In this document: piece by piece, positions 11,317 through 23,091 of the stretch
Numbering within the stretch: position 1 is the first letter of the stretch
Layout: each line of letters begins with the position of its first letter
Program-made: the position numbers and the translations under genes
Source: Takakia lepidozioides
Taxonomy: Eukaryota; Plantae; Bryophyta
Assembly (NCBI GenBank): GCA_030704615.1
Contig: CM060733.1
Coordinates: forward strand, 66,898,001 to 66,962,000
Direction of reading: 5' to 3'
Length of the DNA stretch: 64,000 bases
The notes under the pieces: generated by a model
Told to the model about the DNA's origin: nothing
What the model saw: only the letters and a program-made list of their open reading frames with translations
The model's database searches: none

Positions 11317-13890
11317 ATGGCCGCAAGAGAGTAGTCACGCTGCCATGTGGGAATGGTGGCGAGGTCTTACGAGTGTCGGAAACGCCCAAACCCGTGGGAG
11401 GGCGAATAAACCTCCTGTCAGCAAGGGAGTGGGCCGTGGAGGAGGCACACGAGCCCCAGTTTTTGCTCTATATTAGAGAAGTGAAGGGAGAAGGCGATGG
11501 GGAGCCGAGCCCAGATTGGATCAAGGGGATTTTGGAGAAATACCAGGATGTGATGCCGGAGGATTTACCAAGCGGCTTGCCACCGCGAAGAGGAGTTGAC
11601 CACAAGATTGAGGTGATACCGGGATCGGAACCGCCTGCCAAGGTGCCCTACCGGTTGAGCCACAGAGAGTTGGTCGAGCTGAAGACTCAGCTCAAAGATC
11701 TAATGTCAAAGGGGTACATCCGGCCGAGTAAGTCACCTTACGGAGCCCCGGTGCTATTCGCAGAGGAGTTCCTGGGGCATGTGATTACACAGGATGGGAT
11801 CAGAATGGATGACAGGAAGGTGAGGGTAATCTTGGACTGGGAGCCTCCGACTTCGGTCCCGGGAGTGCGATCCTTCCTAGGACTCGCCTCCTACTACCGG
11901 AAGTATGTGAGAAATTTTGCCAAGATCGCGGGGCCGCTGTCAGACCTTCTGTGTAAATCCAAAGTCTGGGCATGGAACACGTTTTGTGGCCAAGCTTTTG
12001 CTGAATTGAAGCAACAGATGGCGGAAGCTCCAGTCTTGAAAATCCCGGAGTTCGATCGTCCGTTCGAGATTCATACAGATGCGTCGGACTTCGCGATTGG
12101 GGGTGTAGTGATGCAAGATGGACGCCCAGTGGCTTACGAAAGTAAGAAACTGAATGAAGTGGAGCGACGGTGGCCGACGCACGAGAAAGGCGGTGGTGCA
12201 CTGTCTTGAGCTTTGGCGCCACTATGTTGGTTCCAACCCAATGAAGGTGTTCACGGACAATGTCACGGTGAAGTATTTTGCCACGCAGCCCAAGTTGTCC
12301 CAAAAACAACTTAGGTGGCAAGATACTTTGGCGGTGTTCGACGTGGATATCCAGTACAAACCGGGACGGGACAACGTGGTGGCCGATGCCTTAAGTAGAA
12401 AACAACAGCTTTTGTTGGTGTACAGGGACGAGACGGCGCTCCAAAGGAAGATCCGGAAGGCTTGCCGGAAGGATGAGCTGACGAAGTCCGTGATGCAAGA
12501 CTTGAGGATGGGGGTTAAATCGCAGTTCCACTTGCAAAATGGACTGCTCCGGTATAAGCAAAAGCGTCTCTACATGCCGAAGGGAGGGATCAGAGATAGC
12601 CTCTTGAGAGAATGCCATGATAGCCCGCTTGCGGGCCACGGCGGAACCAAGCGCACTGTGGCACTCTTGAAGAAAGAGTATTTCTGGCCCAAACTGAAGG
12701 AGGAGGCAGAGGAGTATGTCAAGACATGCACCACATGCCAACAAAACCGGAGCGAGTACAAAAAGCAAGCGGGGCTGTTACAACCCTTGCCGATTCCAGA
12801 GAGGACTTGGGAAAGCGTCTCGATGGATTTCATGACTGCTATGCCGCTGTCAAAAGGATTCGATGCAATCATGGTGGTGGTGGATAGGTTCAGTAAACTG
12901 GGCCATTTCATCCCCACCAAGGAGACGGCAACGGCACAGGAAACAGGGCGACTTTACTTCGCCCACGTCTTAAAGCATCATGGAGTCCCGAAGGATATTG
13001 TCTCGGACCGCGATCCAAAGTTTACGAGTAAATTTTGGAGGGCACTTTGGAAGAAGATGGGGACGAGGCTGAAGATGAGCACCGCCTTCCGACCTACGAC
13101 CGACGGCCAAACGGAAAGAGTGAATTCCGTAGTGAAGCAGATCTTGCGGAATTACGTGTCGCCAGACCAAACAGACTGGGTGGAACACTTAGACGCAACA
13201 GAGTTCTGTTATAATAACATAGAACACTCCGCAACGGGAGTTTCCTCTTTCGTATTGGTCTATGGAAAAGCACCTCTGGTGCCGACAAGTTGGGCCACCC
13301 AAGACGTTGAGGAACCGGCAGTAGCAGCGGTACTGGAAGAACGCGAGCGTTTGTTGAAGCTCGCAAAGTACAACATTGCCAAAGCTAGGAAACGGTATGA
13401 AAGGCAGGCGAATCGGAAGCGGAGGGAAGTGAAGTTTGAGGCAGGCACGGAGGTCTGGTTGAACATCAAGAATTTCCGACTACCTCCGGAAGTGAGTCCA
13501 AAGTTCGTACCTCCATATGCGGGACCCTTTCGCATCCGGAAGGTTATGAATGAGGATGTGTATGAATTGGAGCTGCCGGCAAATAACAAGGTGCATCTTG
13601 TATTCCACGTCTCCCTTTTGAAGCCTTACTTCAAAGATGAAGCGCGTCCGAATCGGCATCAAGTGTTGCGTCCGCCACCTGTGCTGTTGGATCATGAAAA
13701 TGAACCTGAGTATGAGGTGGAGGCAGTAATTAAGTCGAGGAGGTTCAAGAACCGAGAAACGGAGTATCTCGTCAAATGGAAGGGCTATCATCATGTGGAG
13801 GCATCTTGGGTGCGTGCCTCAGAAATGGGAAACGCATCCGAGGCGGTTGCAGTTTTCGAAGGGCGACCTCAAAAATGGAAGAAGCGTTGA
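11253..13890 (+). pseudogene. pol: Chromovirus pol: internally deleted RT, RNase H, integrase, chromodomain
   Basis: SPYGAPVLF joins directly to EFLGHVI (no YxDD); TDASDFAIG; HDSPLAGH..CTTC; SMDF, SDRD, TDGQTE; YEVEAVI...YLVKWKGY...SW. Confidence 0.93.
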
Positions 13891-13924
13891 TGGGGACATC
13901 AACCTTGGAGCGTGGGGGAGGAAA

Positions 13925-15524
13925 TGCATGCTTAGCCCGGCTTAGCTAGCTTAGGAATCCGATTGCAAAAACTTGTATTGTACAAAAATTTGTTATAAAG
14001 GAAATGGGTTCCAAATGTTGTGCGTCCTATTTTGTTTGGAATGGTGATGCATGGTGTGGTTGGCTAGTGTGTAGAATACATGCTAGCTTACAAAAGTGGG
14101 AGAGGTAAATTGGGTTAATCGTGTGTTTGCGCAGTGCCGAAATCGGGTGACTTCCATCCAAAGGGGCCAAGAAACTTGCGCCTTCTTTAGGAGTTCACGT
14201 GCTAGTACGCACCTAGCGCGTGCGCATACTATAACTGCGCTACCGAGAGGGTTGCTTTGTAGTGCGGGCTAACGCGGAAGCTACGTACTTCCGTTCACGT
14301 ACTATAATCGTGTAGCCTCGGGACGAAGTCGTAGTGTGGCTTCGGCGTGTTCCCGTACCTTAGGCCAGCATTCCAAGGCGGACCCAATTGTAGTGATTGG
14401 GGCGCGCGGTTGGTTCAAGGTTATCTTCCTAGTCAAATAGGATTCGAGGTGAACCCTTGCACAAGGTGATGCCAAAAGCGGCATCATGAGCGGTCGCAAG
14501 CAATGTTGTTGCAGTAAGGTGATTCGATCCTCGGGGAGGATCGTTCCTTGGCCTTGAAGTAGGCCAAGAAGAGTGCACTGGGAGGAGCTTGAGAGGCTCC
14601 ACCCTTGGCCGGGACTTGGAGGAAGTCGGCCGAACTAGCTAGTGGAGAGTAGAGTCAAGTGTGGGGTTTGGTTCTTTGCCATGGGACGCCATGGTACGGA
14701 AACAAACTCCTTGATGTGGGACGCCACAACTTGGATGTTCGTTTCCACAAAATGTACAAGCCGATGAGGACATCGACTCCCTGTTGGTAGGGGTGTGTGC
14801 CGCGGCCCTTTGCCTTGAGGGCAGGGGGTCGGGACACAAGAGGGGCTGCCCCTGTGGTGGGGGCAGTGACAGCGATAGGTATGGGGGGCTGAAGCACCCT
14901 TGAGTGCCCAAAGCACTCAAGGAGGCGGAGGCGCTCACTAGGTGGAGCCCCGCACACCGGGTTGCGGTGGGGGTGGCTCCACAAGGGGTGGTGGTAGCTT
15001 AGCAGGACTTAGTGGGGGTGGCATAGGACTCACCCTGGGGCGGAGACCTCGTGGTGGGAGTCGTGGGGAGTCTTGGGACTCATCATGGTCCATAGGGGCC
15101 GTGGTGAGTGGGCCAAGACTCACCGCGACTCATCACCCGGGAGTCGAGGGTGTTCGTGGTGGTTCGCCATAAAATGGCATGGTTGTTTGTGAAACCCCCG
15201 CGGACAGCTACAGAAGTATATATAGAGAGTAGTAACCCCGAGAACGGTGCAAGCCCGTTGGTGACCAAAAGCTAGTGAGTAAGCGAGCGAGCCAGAAAGC
15301 GACCAAAGAGTGGGTAGCTGTTCCGGACTGCCAACTACCAAAGGGAATTCCGCTGGTTCTAAATCGTTGGAGGGTTCTTTGGGAGATCAAGGGGGGGACC
15401 GTTATGTCCCGGTGAGCAGCCGAAGCTCCAAGTTGGCCCGGCGGCCAGGTTGGGAGTTAGGCGCGCGCATCAAGCGAGTAACTATGACTTGAGGGGGGAG
15501 CTTACCGAAGTGAGGTGCGCGACA
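13925..15524 (+). repeat. Putative 3' LTR (~1.6 kb) of the chromovirus
   Basis: Follows purine tract GGAGCGTGGGGGAGGAAA (13907-13924); TATA-like TATATATAG near 15218; end matches the 5' LTR remnant. Start inferred from the PPT only. Confidence 0.6.
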
Positions 15525-15589
15525 CAACCAGTAACTTGCAGATATAAACATGGAAATGTAAGGACGATTTCACAAAAGGGGAAAACAGG

Positions 15590-15790
15590 CTTTTCAGGGC
15601 ACTTGATATGCCTAGACAATCTTCTCAGCCTAGCATGGATTTCCTTCATTCTGAGATGCAACTTATCATGTACTGCGAAGGTGTGCATCCTGTTGCAAAT
15701 CTCAATGCAGCAACGACCTAGCTCCTTTCTAACCCCTCTCCCCTTCATCATTCTTCTCACCAACTCGATGCAATCATGAACGTCCTCTTC
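15590..15790 (-). pseudogene. PLS-class PPR E/E+ domain fragment
   Basis: VRRMMKGRGVRKELGRCCIEICNRMHTFAVHDKLHLRMKEIHARLRRLS matches the M..RGv.K.pG.s.Ie....H.F...D..H....I pattern. Confidence 0.75.
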
Positions 15791-16317
15791 CACTTCCACT
15801 TCCAAGGATGCCAGGCTGAAGATGCCAAAACAAAAAAACAAAGCGGAGAAGACCGCACATGTTACAGAAATGGAAAGAGGAAGGAGCTTGCCTGAGAGTG
15901 CTCGGCTTCAGTTGGCGCGGGCTGCGAGCAAGACAAGGGGATCTCCGGCTGGAGCTTCAGTTTGGCCATGCGAGACGCAGGACGTCGCCCGTAGTACAAA
16001 GGCTTCAGTTTGCGGCGCGGTCTGCATGTGGGGTTTCTCTCAGGAGAGCCACGCCCTTCTCCACGCGGCATAAGTCCCTGCAAAAGAAAATATCGCACGA
16101 AAAATGCGTGCGTATTGGCATCGAGTGGAACTTCATCCACCCACCACATCAGGGTTTGGGGTATTCGACGGCGGTAGCACGGAATCAGTGCGGACAGTCC
16201 GGTTGAAAACTGACGGCGGACATTAAATGCGCAACTGCGCTGTTAAATGGAGGAGTATGGAGGTCGGCCGTAGGCCCCAAGTCGCCCACCCTCCCACATA
16301 GAAATTATTAGCCCACT

Positions 16318-18190
16318 GGATGGAAAAACGGCGCCGAATTTCCATCCAGCGGATCAAGTAGGATGCAACGTGGCCATCTCTCCGGCCGAGATGTTGTGGA
16401 CGGATGGAAATTCGGCACCAAATTTCCATCCGATGACGCCGGCAGGAGGACGTGTCAGGGGGAGAGGCCGACACCTGGCTGACAGAAAACATCCCCGGAT
16501 GGAAATTCGGCGCCGAATTTCCATCCGAGGCCGTCGTCACTAGGCGTGTCGGGGGGAGAGGCCGGCACCTGGCCGACAGAGTACATCCATCGGATGGAAA
16601 TTTGGCGCCGAATTTGGCGCAGGCGGACACGTCGCCGGCAGAGATCAACCACCGGATGGAAATTCGGCGCCAAATTTCCATGCGGTGCCGCCCGGATGAA
16701 GTCGGCTGAAGGGGAGAAGCCGGCACCGGGCGGATAGAGACCATCCCCCGGATGGAAATTCGGCGCCAAATTTCCATCCGGGGCCCCCCGCAGGCGGACA
16801 CGTCGCCGACAGAGATCAGCCACCGGATGGAAATTCGGCGCCAAATTTCCATGCGGTGCCGCCCGGATGAAGTCGGCTGAAGGGAGAAGCCGGCACCGGG
16901 CGGACGGAGACCATCCCCCGGATGGAAATTCGGCGCCGAATTTCCATCCGGGCCCCCCCGCAGGCGGACACGTCGCCGACAGAGATCAGCCACCGGAAGG
17001 AAATTCGGCGCCGAATTTCCATGTGGTGCCGCCCGGATGAAGTCGGCTGAAGGGGAGAAGCCGGCACCGGGCGGATGGAGACCATCCCCCGGATGGAAAT
17101 TTGGCGCCGAATTTCCATCTGGGGCCCCCTGCAGGCGGACACGTCACCGACAGAGATCAGCCACCGGATGGAAATTCGGCGCCGAATTTCCATGCGGTGC
17201 CGCCCAGATGAAGTCGGCTGAAGGGGATAAGCCGGCACCGGGTGGACGGAGAGCATCCCCCGGATGGGAATTTGGCGCCGAATTTCCATCCGACGCCTGC
17301 CGGATGTTTGCGTTTGGGGCCCGTTCAGGAACAATTTTCTGTCCTTGCATGCAGTTTTACGCGTTTTTGGGTCTAATCAGACACAAAACCTCTAGTTTTG
17401 TGGCTGAACTCCACTTTTGGCCACGTTTTTCAAGGAATTCTTGTCTGCTACAGATAAATTCCTTGCCGCTTTTCCGTCCCGCTTACTTCCTACATGGAAA
17501 TTCGTTGCCGAATTTCCATCCGGCCGCGTTCCCGAATACATGCCGAATGGAAATTCGGCGCCGGTTTTCCATCCTGCAGGGCAGCAGTTTACTTGCAAGG
17601 TTGGAATTTGGCGCCGGTTTTGCATCGGGCTGCGATATTGCTTACCCGCAGGATGGAAATTCCACGCCGAATTTCCATCTTGCAAGTAAACTGGTGCCCT
17701 GCAGGATGGAAAACCAGCGCCGAATTTCCATGCTGGGGATGTTCTTTGTCGGCCAGGTGCCGGCCTCTCTCCCCGAGACAACTTCCTAAGGGCGGCCTCG
17801 GATGGAAATTCGGCGCCGAATTTCCATTCGGTGGATGTTCTCTGTCGGCCCGCTGCCGGCCTCTTCCCCCGAGCAGACTTCATCCGACCGGCCCCGGATG
17901 GAAATTCGGCGCCAAATTTCCATCCGGGGGATGTTCTCTGACGGCCAGATGACGGCCTCTCCCCCCGAGCCGACTGCATCCGACCGGCCCCGGATGGAAA
18001 ATCGGCGGAGTTTTTCCATCAGAATTTCCATCCGCCAGGTAAGGAGCGCGGGCAGATAGAAATCCAGCGCCGAATTTCCATCCTGCAGGTAATTCGGAGC
18101 GCGGACGGATGGAAATCCGGAGCCGAATTTCCATCCGCCGGGTAAGTCGAAGCGCGGGCGGATGGAAATTCGGCGCCGAATTTGCATCCT
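16318..18190. repeat. Palindrome array A: over 20 copies of CGGATGGAAATTCGGCGCCGAATTTCCATCCG or variants
   Basis: Perfect 32-bp palindrome at 16919-16950; regular copies at 16654, 16750, 16825, 16920, 16995, 17091, 17166, 17262. Confidence 0.97.
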
Positions 18191-18528
18191 GCAGGTAAGT
18201 CCATGGGGAAGGTGCTTGCACGCTCGCGCCCCCACGCTTCTTGTCAGACGCCGTAATGATTGGTTTGCGTAGCGCATCTGCACAGGTCATATACCTTCTG
18301 ACTGCATACCGTTGGCAGTTATTGCACAAAGGCCAGGGGCCACATTCCGCAGACAATGTTCATTAACTCTCGGACAGTGGAATTTCGGGAGAGTGGGCTC
18401 CCCGGATTCGTGAATAGGCTTCGTCGCTTGCAAAAATCGGCCCTGCATTCCTTCCCCTCGCTGCATCCCCCCTTCTCCCAGGGCGCTTGTCCGAACGCCG
18501 TCCTGGCAATCTTGTGTGGACAATTCGC

Positions 18529-21500
18529 ATGGCAGAAAACCCGAGCGCTATAGTGTACTACCCTCCTCACGAGCATAGAGCTACATTTCCGTGCAGAGGG
18601 GAGATCTGCCAGGTGATGGAGAAATATCTCTGCGTTCGATACCACCTGAAACCGGGGTCGGTATTTTTGGAGGAGGAAAGGAAGGATTCAAACGGAGTTG
18701 TAGTCGAAAGTATTGTTGTGCTCCACGATGATTTCGGCGACGGCAGGGAATGGCGAGTTCCACCATCGGACAACGTCATGTACAGGGCTGTTGGGGACTT
18801 CATTTGCCCACCAAATGCGCCCTCTATCCTGCCGCCTTCCACGAAACAATCAGCGAATTAGAGAGTGGGTAGCTCAAAGAGAGAAGTCCGCAACGAAGTA
18901 AATCCAGAGCCGAACCCATCAATGAAGACGAGCGAGAACCGGGTTGTTCACAACCTGTCCGACTCCGACGAGATCATGGAAGTTCCGAGATCATCCTGGA
19001 GATCAGGCAAGTCCTCAATGGACATCAGCGGACGAGGGAGTCATATTCCCAGCACGAACACAGCAGTTCGATCCATTCTTGAAATTTTGCAAGGGCTTCA
19101 CATGGAGGGACACCGCTCGGAGCTGGCTGAGCTGGACTACAGCAAGTTCGCCATTAAATCCGTTACATGCCTTCCCGCAGACGTCGACGGTAATATGTTC
19201 TTTGAGTTCCTTCCTCAAACGGACTATTCGAGGGCGTCCGGAATGTTGATAGATTTGGATAGGAAACATGACGGTCATCCTTGGTGCGTCACCAAAACCA
19301 CCAGCATGAAGATGCTCGATGGTGTGCGGGTGTGCTATGTTGTTTGTGCGGGCGCGTTGCGGTGTTTCTCCCCAAGTTGCTTCCACTTTAAATCCAGAGG
19401 TCACAGGAACGAGACGGATTGGACAGGCACAGCTCATCAACCATTTCGAGCTCAGGAGAAGGTTCCAAACTCCACATTTAAGTGTGCGCATTGTAAAGAA
19501 CCACCACATTGCATGTCTGTTTGTAATGCCAAGCAGTTCTATGTGTTGCACCGTTTCCCTGACCTCACACGAGCTTGCATACATGTTGGTTCCCATTGTC
19601 ACAAATTGGCGAGGGGGAACTCGCGGGAGGCTGCCCACAAGGCAGAGCAGCTCGTTCAAGAGGAGGTTGGGTTGAGACCTGGTGCCAAACCCAAACAGAT
19701 ACAGCTGCAGGCCGCCCATAAGATGGATTGGCCAGAATTATGTCGGAAGACGGCTCCGACAGAGTTCCTCTCGATGAGAAGGAAATGGAGGCATTGCTGG
19801 AGTCGGTGTCCCACGTCTGTTCACCGAATGTCCAAAACCACATTGTCTCCTGCAAACAGAAAATTGGGCGTGGCTCGGATATGCACTCCATTCTGGAGGT
19901 GAAGCGACGATGTGGATATGACTACATTCATGGAAGTAGGTTTCCTGGACAAGGGACTGAGGCAGATCGTGGTTTCGTATTCAAAATGTCCACGTGTGGG
20001 CCTGGCAGCGGCGTCGAACTGGTCGACCGGATGACGAGTGGGGACTTGTCAAACAGTTGGGTCATGTTCGACCATATCAAGCGAATTACAAATCACCAGT
20101 GGGTGACAATGGCTGCACATGTCTATGACACCCACTGCAGGATGCTAATGACAATTGCTATTTGTGAGATGAAAGGAGAGGACACACAATCGGAGATGCT
20201 TCTTTGGCAGGGAATAAACGAACAGATGGCCAGGGCGGGATTGCCCCCTCCCAATTTCCGTGGTTTCATGGCGGACAACACACAAGCAAATTGGGCTGCC
20301 ATCCGAAGGGTGTACGGGGAAGACCCCAATGTTCTGATGGAAGGCAAGGAGAGATCTTGTGGGTTCCATTTTCTGCAGAGCTTGTCGCAGTACACAACCC
20401 GGCTCGTGGCGCCAGATTTCAGAGAGGAGCACTGTTCCATGTGTCTTGCGTAGAAGCGTGCTCCCACCTTGGATGATGCAGAGACACAATTTGCATGTAT
20501 ACGGGCTTGGTGGACAACGTCAGGTGTTGTAAAGAAATCAGACGAGGGAGGGTCAGTTGGCTAGCATGGTGGCATTATCGTTTCCTCCAGTTCGGCGACT
20601 ATATGCTGAGGTGAGTTGGACGAATTCGCGTCACGTTGAGTATTATGCTACTCGTTCTTTGTAACTTGCTTGTAACCTCAACATATGCATATGCAGGAAA
20701 TGTGTCTGGACTCCGACACCGACATGTCGACAACAAACATGGCCGAATTAGTACATTCTTCCTGGCGTGCCTCCTCTGCGGCGCATCTGGTGGACATCCT
20801 CACTGCCACAACGGAGGACATTGTCAGGTCAATTATGCAACAATGCAGGTACAACGAGTTCTTGAAAGGGAAACAGTGGGGCTTGGGGCCGGAGACGCAG
20901 GAAATGCTGATGCGGACTGCCTCCAGATCGAAGAATCCTCGCAAGTGGGCGGCAGCCTTGCGAGAGGGCCTTCGGGACACGCCATTGCTTCGAAGAGGCC
21001 AACACTTAAAAGGAGATGTTCACACCCGTCCAGTGAGACGAAGACTTGACGAGGCACCTGGCGGGGAAGAGGATTCATGGCGAGCTGACAAGAATATTCG
21101 CACGCTCCCTCATGGTCCCGTGATGTTGCCCGAGGAGGTCTCGTCGAGCACCGCAAAGTCCTGCACGTTCAAGATCGCCATCTCCTTTGAGCACAGGGCA
21201 CGTGCCCGCGGAACATAACGAGCCATCTGTAGTAACGCAATACAACATACCCATTGTGGAGACAAGAGTGTCGGAGTCACAGTGGAGAATAACAAGGACA
21301 TTGCCGGCATTTCGAGGGAAGTGCTGCGCCATCCGGGTGGATACGAGAGCACGCTGTGGTGAGATGATTCGGAGGAACCCACACGGTGCTGTACATGTAC
21401 CTTGTTTCAGCGGCAGATTTTTGACTCCCACATTCTCTCACGCCACAACGCAGACGTTTTGGTTCTGTAGGCACGACATAATGACCTGTATATTTGGCAA

Positions 21501-22117
21501 GCCCAAGTACGGGATTCAGGGAATGCCCGAGCCTCCGGGCGTCTGGCCTGTTGCACCGGGTTGCAACCTCTCTCAGAAATGAGGCGAATGCTCTTTCTGC
21601 AGCAGGATTTCGAATGGTGCAACGCACAGACGTCCCGGCCCACTCGTTTCCAGTTCCTCAGACCCAGCCATTGTAGGCTGCTCCGTCTAGTAGAGACGGA
21701 TTGGACAATTCTGCACATCCCACAATGCGATTCGGAAGAGTGAAGAGACGACACCCTCCCAACAAGTTGAATGAGACTCGGATTGCCAATGCTCTTGGGA
21801 TGGCTTGCACTATTCAGAGCTCCGTGGACGTACCCCCACCCGGCCTTGGGCGTGTTTATCGGATGGCAACAGCCGGCTCAGTTGTACGCGACGACGTATA
21901 CACAATTACGACTGGAGTGGAGCCGACTTGCAATTGTACGGACTTCTCGTTGATGGAAGCAAAGAAGGGGTCAAAGTATTATCCGTGCAAGCATCTGTAT
22001 TACATTTTCCTGAAGAGGTTGAGGATGAACTTGACTATTGATGACTTTATTCATGCACCAGCGTTGAGCGTGAACGAGCTGCATAAACTCCTCCGTCGGG
22101 ATTCCAGAAATCATTGA
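18529..22117 (+). pseudogene. Mutator-like transposase: GCM-like Zn domain, DDE core, C-terminal SWIM (stops, frameshifts, intron ~20611-20696)
   Basis: HDGHPW..CAGALRC...C..CAHC...C...HVGSHCH (GCM-like); WVMFDH (D1), FMADN (D2), CGFH (Mutator CxxH), TTNMAE (E); SWIM CNC...CKH. Confidence 0.85.
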
Positions 22118-22389
22118 TGGGGAAAAGAGAATCCACCATATGGATATTTGCAATTGCATTTTTATGCATTAGACTTTGTTTTGCAGTGTAATGAATTGCA
22201 CCCCAAAACTCTTGGAATGAGACAGACAATATTAAAGTGATGTCTTTTAAACACTAGGGACTGTTGGATATCCGTTCACGTCCAATGGCAATTCAATGTC
22301 GAAACAGAATCAATTCAAAGATGGCGGCAGGAAAAATTTGCAAATCTTCCAGAAAACTGAGTTCCAACAGTTGCAATTGAGGGGGCCAT

Positions 22390-22956
22390 TTCTAGAAAAA
22401 TGGCGCCGAATTTCACTTTTTTGGGCCGAAAACTGGCTAAGTCCTAACATTGTCTGGAGACGATGTCTGGAAAAATGGCGCCGAATTTCCAGTGACATGG
22501 CCCAGAACTGCCCAACATTTGTGCAATGCCCGGAACCATGTACCGAAATTCGGCGCCACATTTCCAAATTTTGGGCTTACACTTCAATGAAGTTGGGACC
22601 TATAACCGTGAAATTCGGCACCATTTTTCGCCGCAGTCACCTATTTCCGCGCAATACGTCGCCGATTTTTCTACTTGCGGAACCTATTACCGCGAAATTC
22701 AGCGCCATTTTTGCAGATGTCGCTCGGAATTCGCATGAGCGGAAATCGAAATATCATGAGCACGACTCTCAAAACTACAATTTCTACTTCAAACAATGAA
22801 TATTATATGGGTTTTTTTTTTCTGACACATCCCATTAAAATAATGTTTTTAATGTTTTTTATTTGCGGAATTTGTACTTCTGCTCATGAAAACCGATTGT
22901 CTTACTACTCCGCTCATGCCGCTCATGCCGCTCATGCTCATGAAATAGCTAACCTC
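22390..22956. repeat. Transposase-proximal end of subfamily A: degenerate palindromes, CCGCTCATG subterminal repeats, TIR
   Basis: AAAAATGGCGCCGAATTTC-type copies at ~22395-22710; terminus CATGAAATAGCTAACCTC (rc GAGGTTAGCTATTTCATG) resembles the terminus at 40945. Confidence 0.8.
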
Positions 22957-23091
22957 TGGATTCATACATATTGCCATTTTAATGAAAGTGGATTCTTTGA
23001 TTTTCTTTTTTTCTGCCGGAACAACTACAGTGGAGTAAGGGGATTCAATGTTTTCCGAAGAGGATGAAACAAAACATTAAAAGAACAAAGT

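Larger units (their letters stand above)
9717..15524 (+). mobile_element. Ty3/gypsy chromovirus, defective; 5' LTR reduced to its last 27 bp
   Basis: GAGCTTACCGAAGTGAGGTGCGCGACA at 9717-9743 and 15498-15524; PBS; gag-PR-RT-RH-INT-chromodomain. Confidence 0.93.

Noticed and set aside
16318-18190. CRISPR array interpretation of the palindrome-spacer arrays (also 42.9-46.4 and 60.1-61.1 kb)
   Set aside because: Spacers are themselves duplicated and variable in length, repeats are loop-less and degenerate, no cas genes are present, and the context is eukaryotic.
16223-18356. ORFs with MEIRRRISIR, WKFGAEFPS or DGNSAPNFH repeats (and MRCRIS, KCGAAFP, GNAAPHF in the B arrays)
   Set aside because: The same peptides appear on both strands in all frames because the DNA is palindromic; not credible proteins.
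18529-22117. Active autonomous transposase, or Zisupton/KDZ assignment based on SWIM and the 8-bp TSD
   Set aside because: Several stops and frameshifts; the D-D-CxxH-E order with C-terminal SWIM fits Mutator better.
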